A program made the position numbers and the translations under genes. Under the pieces are notes generated by a model. It was given only the letters and a program-made list of their open reading frames with translations, made no database searches and was not told the origin of the DNA. This document shows positions 49,042-57,478 of a stretch of DNA of 64,000 nucleotides, piece after piece. Each line of letters starts with the position of its first letter. Position 1 is the stretch's first letter. The stretch is taken from positions 62,001 to 126,000 of the IMG/VR virus record IMGVR_UViG_3300035698_013060. One strand, 5' to 3'.

Positions 49042-49530
49042 TCATCCTATCGCTCTGTTTTTCAAGTATTCGTCCAGGAGAACCTTGAAAGCCATGGCTA
49101 CCGTCATACTCCGACAATCAGCCACGCAATCAAGTCCACTTCTTTTGTCTTCCCGACGGTAGTGACCGTATATAGACCATTTAGTAGCCTTATTCGGTTC
49201 ACAGACCTCTTCGTAAATCTCTACTTGACCTTCCTTGACGAAATGCCCCATGAACATGGGATGTATTTCGAAGGAGTCGAAACAGCTGAAGCGTCCCAAA
49301 CTGGAACCTGACGAACACATTTCTTCATGAAGTTCGACACCTCCACACTCAGGGCAACAGCGACCAGTAGGATTGTACCGCCGACATTCGATTTTGACTT
49401 CTCGAGGACATACGTTCCCATTAAGGACACACTTCTTACTTATCACTTCATCCTTCTCAATTCCCTCAGGATCAAGAGGACACACAACCTCTGGCCTAGC
49501 TCTATGCTCACAGTCCTTGTACCTATTCAT
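49042..49530 (-). CDS. Cys-rich hypothetical protein
   Basis: GAGGAGG RBS. Confidence 0.7.
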   Translation of the reverse strand: MNRYKDCEHRARPEVVCPLDPEGIEKDEVISKKCVLNGNVCPREVKIECRRYNPTGRCCPECGGVELHEEMCSSGSSLGRFSCFDSFEIHPMFMGHFVKEGQVEIYEEVCEPNKATKWSIYGHYRREDKRSGLDCVADCRSMTVAMAFKVLLDEYLKNRAIG

Positions 49531-49571
49531 TCTCTGTCCTCCTCGAAGTTCGCTGATTACAAACTCGAAGC

Positions 49572-49928
49572 TTATCTATTCAAGAGATAAGCGTACCTAT
49601 CTCTCGGTGCAGTGTCCATATCTGCAAAGATAATTCCAGCTTCCATGAGAAGTCCAGCTCTGAGACATTCCAATGCCGCCATTGCCATAGCGAAGTCCTT
49701 GATATTCACAACAAAGGAATCTTCTCTGATGTCATCCAGTGACTTTCCAATCTCAGCAAGTTCTTCCCGGAAGATTTTAGCATAAGAGCCAGGTCTCTTC
49801 TTGTTAATCTTCACCGATGTCTCGGATAACCATTCTTTGCTGGTGAAAAGGAATGCGTCTGGGACATTCCCATTGTCAAAAATAGATGGTACGTTTCTTC
49901 CTTCTGGCTTATCCGCAAAAATTCCCAT
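49572..49928 (-). CDS. Hypothetical protein
   Basis: AGGAG RBS before MGIFADK. Confidence 0.65.
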   Translation of the reverse strand: MGIFADKPEGRNVPSIFDNGNVPDAFLFTSKEWLSETSVKINKKRPGSYAKIFREELAEIGKSLDDIREDSFVVNIKDFAMAMAALECLRAGLLMEAGIIFADMDTAPRDRYAYLLNR

Positions 49929-49962
49929 CGTATCTCTCCTCTTTTCTGGTTGGTCGTTCTCA

Positions 49963-50676
49963 CTAGAAGGGGATATTGTCACTGTGCTCGGGACTAATAT
50001 CTGTTTCATCACCCATTGGGAGGAGACCACTTATCTCGGAGACGAATTCCTCTAAGGTCCTAGAGGGGTTGTATCGTATATCCAATTTGAGGATCTTATT
50101 GATCTCCATTATGTCTTCTTTCCGACGAAGGAGAGCGCATTCAAGCTTCTTTAGCGTATCTCTGTTCATATCCCTGTGGTATTGCTTCACAAACTCCCGG
50201 ACGTTCCCATGAACGGCCGAGATCGGGATGAGAACCTTACCAGAATGAACGAGGTCATGGACAGTCTTGGAGAGCGGTACGACTCCTACCATATCTTTAT
50301 AGTGGAGTCTTATTACTTCATTCGCTATAGTGAATGAGCTAAAGGGTTTTTCGTTTTTCCTGATGAATTGATTAGCGACTGCATCAGTTATCTCATACAA
50401 TGTCAAGGGACTATGATGAATCTCAATCCTGACATCCTGAGATGTAACTTTAGATAAGAAAATATCCTCATCCAGGTCGACTTCATCTCTCAGGTAGGTA
50501 ACATAATCCTTGTATTCCAAACACCGACGAATGATGGACTCCACAGCTTTGACAAAGCGGTCCCACCGTTTCTTGTCTATAGCGTACGAAGGATAAAATT
50601 CAACTAAGCCGTAGCTGTCGCCATCGACCCCGTCAACTTCTCTTTCTATCTCTCTATCGTTTTTGCTCTTGGGCAT
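49963..50676 (-). CDS. HNH/His-Me-finger-like protein, paralog B
   Basis: IEIHHSPLTL...VGVVPLSKTVHDLVHSGK; paralogous to 52147-52866. Confidence 0.7.
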   Translation of the reverse strand: MPKSKNDREIEREVDGVDGDSYGLVEFYPSYAIDKKRWDRFVKAVESIIRRCLEYKDYVTYLRDEVDLDEDIFLSKVTSQDVRIEIHHSPLTLYEITDAVANQFIRKNEKPFSSFTIANEVIRLHYKDMVGVVPLSKTVHDLVHSGKVLIPISAVHGNVREFVKQYHRDMNRDTLKKLECALLRRKEDIMEINKILKLDIRYNPSRTLEEFVSEISGLLPMGDETDISPEHSDNIPF

Positions 50677-50699
50677 AGTTCTCTCCGGAATTGTGATTA

Positions 50700-51318
50700 T
50701 GAAGAAGAAATGAAAGTCCTGTGAAGGACTATCATTCTCGCGTTGTTCTGTACTACATCGATACACGTACAGAACGGTGGCTACGCAGCTGGAGGCCTAT
50801 TGAGGGCTTAATGACTGCGCGGTTTCCTAGCCATGGCGTGGTGAAGGTTTTATGGTCTCTCACCAAACCTGATAGGACTCCCCTTCCGCCAAATCAGAAC
50901 GGTATCTGTAGGGAGACTCAACTGGGTCCATTCGGGCCCGGAGGAGCATGGCTTTTTGACGGGCCACATCGCGATGATAGATATATTCACCCGTCGCGCG
51001 TTCGAGTGCCCTTCTATCCTCAGGGAGGACTTTGCGAAGCAGGTCCCATGACCTTTTTCCTTGTAGAGGTGGATTCGTATCCACTTGCTGCTTCGACGGC
51101 CTGTCAGGTGGCAATCGGCGGATGCACTTTCCCTCCGCAGGAGCTCCTCTTACCTCGGAGCATGGTTGGGAAGGGGTTGAACTGGAGGCTGTGGACTAGT
51201 CTCACCGATGATTCCAAGCATCTTCGAGGAGGGGTTGAGGTCAGTGTCCAACCGACCTATCCTCCTGAATCGAATAGGGACCAAGGAGTCTCATAGCGAG
51301 ACTCAGATTCTCCAGTTC
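50700..51318 (-). ncRNA. Large (about 610 nt) highly structured non-coding RNA, unclassified
   Basis: CATATTAC motif at 51325-51332, nested long-range stems, more than 10 hairpins, terminator-like 3' end at 50700-50738. Confidence 0.7.
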
Positions 51319-51324
51319 GTCTTA

Positions 51325-51332
51325 GTAATATG
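51325..51332 (-). promoter_or_regulatory. Putative early promoter core CATATTAC
   Basis: Recurrent motif directly before the RNA's first stem. Confidence 0.6.
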
Positions 51333-51413
51333 ATATAGAAAAGGCATTAGTTACGTCTGGTATCTCAAGACTCCATAGTAAGCCATACACGCATGCTCAC
51401 TCCATTTCAAATA

Positions 51414-51860
51414 CTACTTCTCGCGGGCAACGCCCTTCATCTTCTCGAAGGTACGCAGACCACCCATACCAAGCATCGCTAGGACCAGCTGCATGAGTTG
51501 TCCCACCTGGATCTTTGGTAGCTCAGCGAGGGCCAGATTCTCAGGCTTGAAGAATACTACCATCCACTCAGCCATAGGTGCTCCGAGGAAAGACCAGAAG
51601 ATTCCCATGCCACAAACCCAACCGATAAATGGTCTCCAACCTGCAACGAAGATCGACTTGTGAGCGGCTTCAACCTTGTTGACATCGAGCTGGGCTTTAC
51701 TGATGTCCATCAAGGCCATACCGAAATCGTTCTCGAAGTCAGCTTGCTTCTCCTCAAGGAGTTGCTGAGCTTTCTCTCGTGCGTGTTTATCCGGGATAAG
51801 TCTGTCGAGTGTACTCTCCAGGATTCTCATTGCTGGTGCTGCTAAAACACTCCAGATCAT
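51414..51860 (-). CDS. Holin, 3TM (GTA-type) family
   Basis: FVAGWRPFIGWVCG...MLGMGGLRTFEKMKGV. Confidence 0.85.
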   Translation of the reverse strand: MIWSVLAAPAMRILESTLDRLIPDKHAREKAQQLLEEKQADFENDFGMALMDISKAQLDVNKVEAAHKSIFVAGWRPFIGWVCGMGIFWSFLGAPMAEWMVVFFKPENLALAELPKIQVGQLMQLVLAMLGMGGLRTFEKMKGVAREK

Positions 51861-51899
51861 GATCGTTCTCCTCGGTTTTTGTTTCTATCTCGGATCGTA

Positions 51900-52115
51900 G
51901 AAAAAGTTGGGGCTAGGAGGACGTTAGTCCCCTTCGCCCCATGTGCGCCTCCGACACTCGCAGAAGCCCGGTGGAAGCCAATCCGGGCTTCCTTCTGGTC
52001 ATCACTTGTCAGACATGTCCACTTTCGTGGTATGGTCCTCCTTGTGTTGCCCGGTCGAGTGTTACAACCCCTAGCATGGGGCCGTGTTTGCCAACCGGAA
52101 TCATGAAAATCAATT
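51900..52115 (-). ncRNA. Structured leader / small RNA (about 210 nt) with mutually exclusive P1 and terminator, upstream of the holin
   Basis: gccccatg/catggggc, acactcg/cgagtgt, ccac-GAAA-gtgg, gaagcccgg/ccgggcttc, terminator plus U-tract; CATATTAT motif at 52125-52132. Confidence 0.65.
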
Positions 52116-52146
52116 ATGTACCTTATAATATGGGCACGAACAGCGT

Positions 52147-52866
52147 TTATCCGCGTCCGGTGTCCTTACTCTCCCTAGAAATGGCTTCCGTTAGAGCTGC
52201 TATCACATCGTCCAACGTCAATGGCTCTCCGTCTACTCTAACCTCAGGGGTTGAAAACTCAAGAGTTCCTTCAGGAACCAATTCTCCTCGTTTAGAAAGC
52301 TCTATTGCTAATAGAATCTTGGAGAGGGTCTCTTCATCGATTCCTCCAACGTACGCCCTAAGAAAACCCCCTACGTTTCCGTAGATCTGAGACATACTGA
52401 CAGTTACTTTCCCAGAATGTACTAGATCGTGGATGGTTTCTGACAGTGGTAGAATTCCAACTAGTCCCATAAAGTGAGCAGCCAGGACTTCATGAGCTAC
52501 TGTCATTGTCGTTATGGTATCCCCTTGGGACAGCATATGGTCAGCAACGATCTCGATAATATCGTGAAGTGTCAAAGGACAATGATGGATTTCGATATCT
52601 ACTTTATCTTCTCCTATGATGTTTCCTAGAAAGGAACAGTTGTTTAGGTCTAGATCAATCTTACAACCGGAAATAAAGAGCTTGTATTCGATGCTAGATC
52701 GAATCATGCCTTTGACACTGTTCACAAATCTAAGCCAGTCTTTTCCGCTCAGTTCCTTGCTGAAGAAGGATTGGACGTAGAATCCACCCTCAGAGTGAAG
52801 CTCTGGACCATCTGCTGTCTCAACTGACGTTATGTTATGTAAACCATCGTGATCACTACTGTCCAT
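52147..52866 (-). CDS. HNH/His-Me-finger-like protein, paralog A
   Basis: IEIHHCPLTL...VGILPLSETIHDLVHSGK; AGGAGG RBS. Confidence 0.75.
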   Translation of the reverse strand: MDSSDHDGLHNITSVETADGPELHSEGGFYVQSFFSKELSGKDWLRFVNSVKGMIRSSIEYKLFISGCKIDLDLNNCSFLGNIIGEDKVDIEIHHCPLTLHDIIEIVADHMLSQGDTITTMTVAHEVLAAHFMGLVGILPLSETIHDLVHSGKVTVSMSQIYGNVGGFLRAYVGGIDEETLSKILLAIELSKRGELVPEGTLEFSTPEVRVDGEPLTLDDVIAALTEAISRESKDTGRG

Positions 52867-52927
52867 TAAATCCTCCTGAATCTAATTCTAGCTTCCGCAA
52901 TATTCATGTTCCAGTAGCGAAGTAGGG

Positions 52928-52953
52928 GACCGTTCCCTAGAAAGGGAACGGTC
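52928..52953 (-). terminator. Hairpin after the 53605 gene
   Basis: gaccgttccct-agaa-agggaacggtc. Confidence 0.6.
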
Positions 52954-52984
52954 ACCATGAAGTTCTCGAAAAACAGTGATGAAA

Positions 52985-53605
52985 CTAGAGAGTATTGATG
53001 AATGTACCACGGGCGTACGCTGTCTGCTGACGCTGAAGATTGATAGACTCCTGTTCTCTAGCAGCGAAGTTGTCTTCAAAGACCGCAATCAACTTATCGA
53101 GCTCAGCTCTCACCACAGGATTTTTGGCCTTCGTTCTGAGCCGCTGAAGTTCCGGAATGAGTGTCCTACCCTTGACGATCAGACTCGTAGTGATGTTGTC
53201 GGCTTTATCATTGAGGATTCCAGCCTGAACAGCGTAAATCAGACCGACGATCACTCCAACGATGAAGATGACGAAACCTACTGAGGCTCCAGTTCCTGCT
53301 GTCAAAAGAAGTCCAATGAGCCCGATTCCTGTTCCCAGAAGGGAGATGAGAGTTTTTTCACCAGCTTCATCTTTCAAGCGACGACGCTTGGAGATAAGTC
53401 TGCTAACTTCTGCTGACCATTCACCGATACTCTTTGTGATGGAGTCCTCTTTGCCTTCTGTCAGGAAACTCTCGTCTCCTCTGAGTCCAGCCTTGGCCAT
53501 CTCGAAAGCTTCTTCTCCGAGCAGAGAGACCAAGTCTTCTCGGCTCTCTTCCAGTACTAAGAGCAACGATTCATCCAAACCATCTTGATCTTGGTAAAAA
53601 AGCAT
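52985..53605 (-). CDS. Membrane protein with MLFYQD...LDE N-terminus (putative ejected head protein)
   Basis: Acidic leader with several xxE sites, then a Gly-rich hydrophobic hairpin. Confidence 0.75.
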   Translation of the reverse strand: MLFYQDQDGLDESLLLVLEESREDLVSLLGEEAFEMAKAGLRGDESFLTEGKEDSITKSIGEWSAEVSRLISKRRRLKDEAGEKTLISLLGTGIGLIGLLLTAGTGASVGFVIFIVGVIVGLIYAVQAGILNDKADNITTSLIVKGRTLIPELQRLRTKAKNPVVRAELDKLIAVFEDNFAAREQESINLQRQQTAYARGTFINTL

Positions 53606-53647
53606 TACAGTGTCCTCGGTTGTATTATACTGTCACCGTGAAATCGC

Positions 53648-53683
53648 TAATTTGTTGTTCCCACGGGCTGGAACAAGGCATTG
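53648..53683. promoter_or_regulatory. Back-to-back divergent late promoters (AACAACAAATTA on -, AACAAGGCATTG on +)
   Basis: Both fit AACA-N4-AT-TR and face the flanking genes. Confidence 0.7.
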
Positions 53684-53722
53684 TAGACTTGAGCTTAAAT
53701 CACGAAAAGCTGGAATGGACGC

Positions 53723-56581
53723 ATGATACAGAACTTTCCAGACCTCCCGAAAAGTTCGGCTGATGAGATATCAGCGCTCCTGGAGTTTTGTCGGAGCCTG
53801 GTATTTAAAGACTCGGCTAAAGCCGAGACGGCCGAGACTTTGTTGTCCTCTAAGGCAGCATATAATCTCATTAGTGCTGAGTTAGGATTTACCCCGTTCG
53901 ATGAGTCTAGTGACCCCACTGGAGAAATGGCGCAGAATGAGATCGATGATTACGTAGAGACTAACGAGTACTACGTTACCTACTTGGAAAACCTTGGTCT
54001 AAGAGAGTCTGGTACTCTAGAAACATCAGACCAGTATAAGATGGTGGTAGCTGTAGTTAAGGCTAGAACTGCTGACGACCATGAGATAATCTTCTATCCC
54101 GAGAGCTTCGACCGGAAGCTCCGGGGTTTGTTTCTCGATTTCTTCAACACTAGTCTACACTATTACAATTCTGTTCTTCATAATGAGGGACTGGGTAAGT
54201 ACGAGCGGTACTGGAATTACGTCAACTTTGTCGTCAGTATCATGACTCTCGAGCGAATGATCACGGCCCGCATGGACTTAGCGTTTGATATCGACGCATT
54301 CGACGAACGGTCCATACGAAACATGTTTGCATCCTATGGTCTAGATTTCTTCGAGATCGTCCCGGACAAGTACCGGCGGCGCATCTTAAAGAACATCAAC
54401 TATCTTCTGGAACACAAGGGTACGACACAGGCACTTGTCAATGTCATGCAGATTTTCGGGTTTGACGACATCAAGCTTTTCAAGTACTACTTGGTCAAGG
54501 ATTTTGCCCGAGAGGGTGATGGTTCGATCAGTATGCCTCCAAACTCGTACCTCCAATTTGCTCAGGTAGAACATGATGAGGAGAACCTTGAAGCTGCTTT
54601 CTTGAGTTCGACGACTAAATGGGAAACGTTTGATTCAGTGACCGGCTCTGATCCTTACTGGCATGCTACTGAGGAAGAGATTGCAGTCCATGACTTCACA
54701 TACCTCAATACCAAGTACCTCGGAATCGACGTCAGTATTGATATGTTGAAGAGTACTCTGAACCACTCTTATTTCTACAACTACTTGTACCAGTTCAAGA
54801 AGGCTGGCGACTTGGCCATTCCTGGGAACTACAAGATGACGGTCCAGAGTTCCAAGATCAGTGGAGAACCTATTCACATCTTGGATATGATGATAGCACT
54901 CCACGCCCTTACCATGGAGATCATGGGGTGGGAAGATGTAATCGTCAAGGACTACTACCAAGTGGCGTACACATTTGCAAACGCCCATAGGAACAAGCCT
55001 ACCTTTCAAGAAGATGATCAAGCAGCTTGGGACGTTGATCTCCCAGCTTCTTCTGAAGGAGAAAAAGCTGCAGCCTTTATGGGCAATATCGAGAATCTCC
55101 TCGGGGTCGATTGGGATGATGTTGACATAGCTACCCTCAGAGATGACGTTAGGACATATCTCGAGTCCCTACCGGACAGAGGAGATCTGACTCCAGGAGA
55201 AAATTCCAACTACGACTCAGCTGACCTGGATGGTAAAGAGACGACTCCATACGACTTCGTCAGGACATACCAGGACAACCTGAAGTATGCCGCCAAGCTC
55301 AGGCAGTTGATGATAGACGAGACTAATAAGTCTCGCTATGAAGTCCTGAAGGACATCTACAACTACAAGTTCATTGCTCAATTCAATACTGAGCTCTTCA
55401 GTGGCTACGATACCTATGCTGAGTACTTGGCAGCTGAGAGCCCAGGACTCTATGCATTCATCAGTGGTAAGGATTCGAACGACGCCTTGTATGACATCAT
55501 CACCTTGATCGACAACTTCATTGACGACGCTGACGTCATCGTGGAAACATTTGCTGGAGACACTGGACTGATCGACGGAGAGATGAGTGTTACCAACAAC
55601 ATGGAGTTGTTTAACCTGACTCGGACTTTCATCAAGATGATGGTGGATACTTTCAAGGCATATACCACTCAGTTGAGAGAGTTCTCTGTCTACTACGTTC
55701 ACAGGGATCCATTTGATGATAGGATTCATCTTTTTGATGAGCTCACCCTCGGTCTCCATGGAGGCTTCTACGGGACAGATACTGCAAGGATCTCGGACGA
55801 TGGTATCGGTACAGCAGGAGGACAAGTACATCCGAGGTTCTTGGTATCGGTAGAGTATTCTGATGAGATAGGGATGTACGATAACTACCTTGTGGAACAA
55901 GGTATCAGCGAACCTCCTATTGACTACATGATCCTGGATGATAACGACGACGATCTAGAGGTTTCAGTCAGGACCAGTTACGCTCTTCCGCTTGATATGA
56001 GTGATGAGAGCGATTTCGTCATTCAGTTAGGAGACCTAAGACTAGATCCTTCCACAGGTCAACCTGTTATAGGTTCAACGTGGTATGGATCCATCAGAGC
56101 CTTAGACTCCATGGCCCTTATTTCCATTTTGAAGGTCAAGGACTACACTATCAGAGACGAGCTTCTTGACTGGGCTGAATTCGGTAATATGCCAGGAGAG
56201 GGAGATGCCGTCGGTCTAGGAGATTCATTGTATCCTTCCATCAGGCTCGTCGTCGCTCCCGGAAATCACATAGACGAACAACCCATTAGCGTCGTAGACG
56301 ATGAGCCGGGGTTTGAGCCTTTCCTTCTCAGTAGGCTATCCCCTGGAGACGGCTTCAAGTGGATGGACGGAGACCCACAGACGGACACGCTCGATCTGAC
56401 TTTCTGGGACTCTGTCCTTACGATGATCGAACAGACACCTGGACATGCGTGGTCCGGAGACCCAAATGACTACTTGACCAATCTTTCATTTCACGAGGCC
56501 AGTGACTTTCATTCCAGGTTAGTCAGGACTACTGAGGTGGCCAGGACGAGAGATGCAATAGAAATGACAGTTGTGTCGTAA
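53723..56581 (+). CDS. Large virion structural protein (baseplate-wedge-like)
   Basis: RRILKNINYLLEHKGT...IFGF...KYYLVK motif; late promoter motif. Confidence 0.65.
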   Translation: MIQNFPDLPKSSADEISALLEFCRSLVFKDSAKAETAETLLSSKAAYNLISAELGFTPFDESSDPTGEMAQNEIDDYVETNEYYVTYLENLGLRESGTLETSDQYKMVVAVVKARTADDHEIIFYPESFDRKLRGLFLDFFNTSLHYYNSVLHNEGLGKYERYWNYVNFVVSIMTLERMITARMDLAFDIDAFDERSIRNMFASYGLDFFEIVPDKYRRRILKNINYLLEHKGTTQALVNVMQIFGFDDIKLFKYYLVKDFAREGDGSISMPPNSYLQFAQVEHDEENLEAAFLSSTTKWETFDSVTGSDPYWHATEEEIAVHDFTYLNTKYLGIDVSIDMLKSTLNHSYFYNYLYQFKKAGDLAIPGNYKMTVQSSKISGEPIHILDMMIALHALTMEIMGWEDVIVKDYYQVAYTFANAHRNKPTFQEDDQAAWDVDLPASSEGEKAAAFMGNIENLLGVDWDDVDIATLRDDVRTYLESLPDRGDLTPGENSNYDSADLDGKETTPYDFVRTYQDNLKYAAKLRQLMIDETNKSRYEVLKDIYNYKFIAQFNTELFSGYDTYAEYLAAESPGLYAFISGKDSNDALYDIITLIDNFIDDADVIVETFAGDTGLIDGEMSVTNNMELFNLTRTFIKMMVDTFKAYTTQLREFSVYYVHRDPFDDRIHLFDELTLGLHGGFYGTDTARISDDGIGTAGGQVHPRFLVSVEYSDEIGMYDNYLVEQGISEPPIDYMILDDNDDDLEVSVRTSYALPLDMSDESDFVIQLGDLRLDPSTGQPVIGSTWYGSIRALDSMALISILKVKDYTIRDELLDWAEFGNMPGEGDAVGLGDSLYPSIRLVVAPGNHIDEQPISVVDDEPGFEPFLLSRLSPGDGFKWMDGDPQTDTLDLTFWDSVLTMIEQTPGHAWSGDPNDYLTNLSFHEASDFHSRLVRTTEVARTRDAIEMTVVS

Positions 56582-56617
56582 CCCGGACACGAGAACAACT
56601 TGAGGAAGAAAGAACCC

Positions 56618-57388
56618 ATGGATACCGAAAGCAAAACTCTCAGATTCGACGAGCGTTCCATCCAGAACATGGTCCGGGACGAGATAGATGCCGCTGCCAA
56701 GCAACCTCTACTGAGAGGTATGGCCGTCTTTAAAGACGGACGTGGCAATGTGTTGATGATCAAGAAGAACCTCATTGTCCATCGAGGAAGGACATACGTT
56801 CTTGAGAGTCTCTTCAAAGAAAACAGTATTTCTGGCCTTGGTCTCACGGGTGAGAGTACTACACCATTTGTTGCTGACGAGATTGACCGCTCTATCTTCT
56901 TGTTCGGTATTGGTACGGGAGGGGTTACTGGTCCGGACCCGTTCGCACCAGACCCACCGCAACCTGAGAACGATGAGCTTGCTACTATCGTTCCTTTCAG
57001 AACGGTTCCTACAGGAACAGGTTTGAGTTCACTGGAAGATACTCATTACTACGGGATGAACTTGTTCAACACCGCTCCGGGCACTCCTGAAGGCGGCGAA
57101 GACAAATACTGGCTCAAGCGGCTCAATCTTGCGACTTCATTCATTCCGGAGTGGGACATCACTCTCGGTTCGCACATGATCTCGATGAAGATGACACTCG
57201 ATATCAACCAGAATGACGCCCGTAGTCAGGGTGTTAATGAGCTGGCTTTGTACATGGCGAACAAGGTAGCTGGCGGCACTCCTGATCCGGACTTTGCCGA
57301 AGTCGAGATGTTCTCACGCATCACGTTCGCCACGGAGATGCTGTCAGGGACCAAAGAGATTACCATCGAATACTACATCTTCGCCTAA
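56618..57388 (+). CDS. Baseplate/tail-collar-like structural protein
   Basis: NLIVHRGR, FGIGTGG, NELALY, FSRITF. Confidence 0.65.
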   Translation: MDTESKTLRFDERSIQNMVRDEIDAAAKQPLLRGMAVFKDGRGNVLMIKKNLIVHRGRTYVLESLFKENSISGLGLTGESTTPFVADEIDRSIFLFGIGTGGVTGPDPFAPDPPQPENDELATIVPFRTVPTGTGLSSLEDTHYYGMNLFNTAPGTPEGGEDKYWLKRLNLATSFIPEWDITLGSHMISMKMTLDINQNDARSQGVNELALYMANKVAGGTPDPDFAEVEMFSRITFATEMLSGTKEITIEYYIFA

Positions 57389-57422
57389 AGGCGTCGAATC
57401 GGCCGTAGATATGACGGTTCCA

Positions 57423-57460
57423 GGCCGGTCGGGGTCCGCCCCGACTGGCCGACCTTTTCC
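57423..57460 (+). terminator. Intrinsic terminator
   Basis: ggccggtcgggg-tccg-ccccgactggcc followed by a T-run. Confidence 0.75.
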
Positions 57461-57478
57461 CTAAAACAGGAGGGTCAC

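Noticed and set aside
50705-51140. RNase P-like (GAAAGTCC, ACAGAA..GGCT, GGAAAGTGC) and SRP-like (CAGG..GAAGCAGC) words
   Set aside because: Wrong order, strand and spacing; no P4 pseudoknot or SRP helix 8 can be built
50721-51296. 191-aa + strand ORF
   Set aside because: Antisense to all neighbours, no RBS, atypical Pro/Gly/Trp composition; better explained as the shadow of a structured minus-strand RNA
51925-52085. Known riboswitch (ykkC, c-di-GMP-I, c-di-AMP) in the holin leader
   Set aside because: Only short words match (CTAGGG, AAGCCCGG, GGCAAAC, GAAA loop); I could not build the consensus architectures by eye
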